A stretch of 54,952 nucleotides of DNA, the filler included, from Sluysia triapertura (lineage: Eukaryota): assembly GCA_046118255.1 (NCBI GenBank). It is 3 parts of 3 records of this genome, joined end to end, with 100 filler letters (N's around TTAATTAATTAA, not from the genome) between each part and the next. Parts side by side here need not be neighbours in the genome. Positions count along the whole stretch, not along the records: positions 43,880 to 54,952 come from JBJNIA010189320.1; 2 more parts are not named here. One strand, 5' to 3'. The position numbers were made by a program, and so were the translations under genes. Positions 52,327-54,952 of the stretch are shown here, piece by piece (position 1 is the first letter of the stretch; each line of letters opens with the position of its first letter). A model generated the notes under the pieces. That model ran no database searches and was not told the origin of the DNA. It saw nothing but the letters and a program-made list of their open reading frames with translations.

Positions 52327-53298
52327 ATGAATGATTCGAATGAATTAATGAAAAATTATGAAAAGGCAGTTACATTACATGATAATAGTCAATTCGAAGA
52401 TTTAATTAATTTTATAAAATTAAATGAATTTCCAATATCGCATCATAAACGTTTGATTAAGATGTATTATGATTGCCATTATAAATTGAATCCTGATTAC
52501 GTTGAAAACAAGAAGTTACATCCAGTTAAATGCTTCAGAATCAGGCAAAATATCCAATTACCACAAACCTTATTTAATGGTGAAAAGTTCCGGTATAATT
52601 TCTGTGAATCCGCTAGGAAAACTCTTGAATCTGCTTTTAAAACATACAAAGGTTATCCGCCTAGCCAAATAAAGAATGACATAATCAGATATTTTTCACT
52701 TCAACCCAGTCAAGTAACTAATTGGTTCAAAAATAAAAGACAACGTATTAAAAGGCAAACAATTAATAAACCAAATACAATTGAAACAGATAAATCATTT
52801 AGTCAGATTAGAAATGAAAACAGCAATAATTCCTGCTTATTTACTGTTGACAATATTAACTCACAAATTAATTCAAACGCGTATCATTCAATACCATTTA
52901 GTCACTTCAATAAGTCACTTAGTGAAAACAGTACTAATTCTGAATTATTGACTATCGAAAATAATAATTCACAAATTAGTTCCAACGCTTATCCTTCAAT
53001 ACCACAGTTACCCACCGAAAATGTAAGTCAAATTAATTACATAATGCCTAACATATGGAACAATAATGAATATTATCAAAGCATTTATACACCAAATTGC
53101 AATATTACTTATAATACTTCCAATAACCTAAATGCCCAAAATATTTATGATTATGTCATTCAACCTAACATAATGAATTATACTTCACCATTGAACTATC
53201 AAAATAACAATCAACAAAAATTTATAAATGATATAGATACTTATGAAAAACAAATGATGAATATGTACAATTTCTTAGATTTTCCAGACATTATTTGA
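52327..53298 (+). CDS. Divergent Six/sine oculis-class homeobox protein (partial SIX domain + K50 homeodomain + N/S/Q/Y-rich tail), single ORF
   Basis: Uninterrupted 323-aa ORF. HHKRLIKMYYDCHY..LHPVKCFRIRQNIQLPQTLFNGE aligns with the SIX-domain HxKLQxxWxxAHY..LGxVxKYRxRxKFPLPxTIWDGE, and the homeodomain ends QVTNWFKNKRQR. Confidence 0.9.
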   Translation: MNDSNELMKNYEKAVTLHDNSQFEDLINFIKLNEFPISHHKRLIKMYYDCHYKLNPDYVENKKLHPVKCFRIRQNIQLPQTLFNGEKFRYNFCESARKTLESAFKTYKGYPPSQIKNDIIRYFSLQPSQVTNWFKNKRQRIKRQTINKPNTIETDKSFSQIRNENSNNSCLFTVDNINSQINSNAYHSIPFSHFNKSLSENSTNSELLTIENNNSQISSNAYPSIPQLPTENVSQINYIMPNIWNNNEYYQSIYTPNCNITYNTSNNLNAQNIYDYVIQPNIMNYTSPLNYQNNNQQKFINDIDTYEKQMMNMYNFLDFPDII

Positions 53299-54102
53299 TA
53301 TATAATATACTTTTATAATTTCCATATTTTGTTTTTTAAACTTATAATGTTAAATAATTTGATTATCCCTTAATACCTAAAGCTGTTTAAGCTAAACCAT
53401 TTTTCAGTAAGTATAATTAGAGAAATTTCGCTTTATTACAGTAAACGTTACCAAATTAATTAATTAATTACAATTACAAACTTTTATAATTAATTTTTAT
53501 GGTAGCTTCGCGAACTTATCTATTGTTTCCCAATTTTACGTACGCATAAAAAACCCACAGATATAATATAATCAACGTTCTGTGATGATTTTAGTTTTCA
53601 GTTGTCACACAGTTTAATACAAAATATATTCATTATTGAAATGTACTGACTTAAAATTAAATCTAGCGCATCATTGTTTATCTTTTTGTTTTCTATTTCT
53701 TCATCTTGAATCCACAAAATTTAACATTATGCGTAAACAACTTACCACAATATTTAAATATCATTAGTTTGGTTACTTCAAATTTGTTTTAAATACTATT
53801 CAAATTAAGGAAATAAAGGAAATATTCAATTACCATATTAAAAATTACATTACTTTAATATAAATTACAGTAAAACTATATTAATTTCAAATTTAATAGA
53901 CTATCTTAAATTATTAGAAATGTTTAGATATTTTATTCAAAACAAATTCTCCAATTAAAATATAATGATTTTTCAAAAAGCTAAAATGATAGCTCTTTTA
54001 AATAATTTCATTGCATCTGTTTTGTTTGTATTTCGCATAAATTAAAAAAATGCCGAATGTATTCTTGTAACCAACAAATTGTACAATATACTTTATCAAT
54101 AT

Positions 54103-54249
54103 TTAATCGTATGTTTGCTCAATAGTTTCTACATAATCTTTTACCAAATCATCAATACTGAGGGTTTCGTCATATTTATTAGCAAAATTTTTCAACATAT
54201 CCATAGGTCTATATTGACCGCCATGCTGTAATATAGTTTCACGATATCT
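54103..54249 (-). CDS. MIPEP: M3-family peptidase, most like mitochondrial intermediate peptidase; last coding exon (not in the ORF track)
   Basis: tttttCAG|RYRETILQHGGQYRPMDMLKNFANKYDETLSIDDLVKDYVETIEQTYD* (phase 0) resembles the MIPEP C-terminus RYRxxxLxHGGxxxPxxM..SxDDxV. Another M3 peptidase (TOP/neurolysin) cannot be fully excluded. Confidence 0.75.
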   Translation of the reverse strand, partial: RYRETILQHGGQYRPMDMLKNFANKYDETLSIDDLVKDYVETIEQTYD

Positions 54250-54952
54250 CTGAAAAATTCATAATTAAATTTTATAAAATCCAGTCTTAATTAATATTAT
54301 ATCAACAATTTACAAATATTTGTAACATTTCCTTTTAATTACACAAAACAAATCCAGAAAAAAAACAAAATGCAAAATGTTTAATTTTACAGAAATACAT
54401 TTTTGATTTTATTCTTTATTCTAAAAATAGGCACACATTTCAAAAAAATCTTCGAAAGATCAAATGAAACATGTACGATAAATATTAAAAATTTTTTATT
54501 TAATAATATATAAACGTGATAAAAGAATATGAAATGGAACACGAACGGCATCCGACAATGAATTTTAAAGAATAAAATTGTAACTTGAGATAGAATTAAT
54601 ATTAAGATAAAATTAATTAATAAGTTATTAAATTTGAATTGTTGGGTTGGCATGGCAGCATCTGAAGCATCTGACTAAACATGACTTTATAATTACAATA
54701 TAATAATTGTGATTAATATAATAATAATAATAATATTAACAATTGAATTATATTTTATTCTATTGTACTTTTTTATTTTGTTTTATTACTCATGTTTGTA
54801 ATTTTTATAAATTTTAATTATGTAGAAAATTATATAAAAATAATTGTATAAATTTTGTATTTAATTTATTTATATTTATAATAAAATCAAGTTTAAAGTT
54901 ATTTTAAAAAATAAAAACAATATTTTAATTTGTTTCATTAAATCAATTTATT

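Overview
Very AT-rich, intron-containing, transposon-littered animal DNA. The Six homeobox, GPDH, SLC38A9 and MIPEP exons, the mariner, NeSL-like and L2 elements and the (AAT)n microsatellites would fit a flatworm such as a planarian, but that taxon call is inference only. The window is not one locus: two identical artificial 100-bp spacers (44 N + TTAATTAATTAA + 44 N) join three scaffolds (1-21021, 21122-43779, 43880-54952). Recognisable host coding sequence: the last exon of glycerol-3-phosphate dehydrogenase (-), two consecutive SLC38A9 exons (+), an intact single-ORF, highly divergent Six/sine oculis homeobox gene (+), and the last exon of a MIPEP-like M3 peptidase (-). The second SLC38A9 exon and the MIPEP exon are absent from the ORF track. 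The rest is mostly decayed or non-autonomous mobile DNA: Tc1, mariner, a plant-type DD39D mariner, three piggyBac MITEs, hAT, L2/CR1 LINEs, a NeSL/R2-type RLE retroelement and a tRNA-derived SINE candidate. Most notable: the N-terminally truncated, subfamily-unassignable Six gene; a ~2 kb imperfect palindrome; the DD39D element; and apparently interleaved antisense GPDH/SLC38A9 gene fragments. All calls were made by eye; no searches were run.
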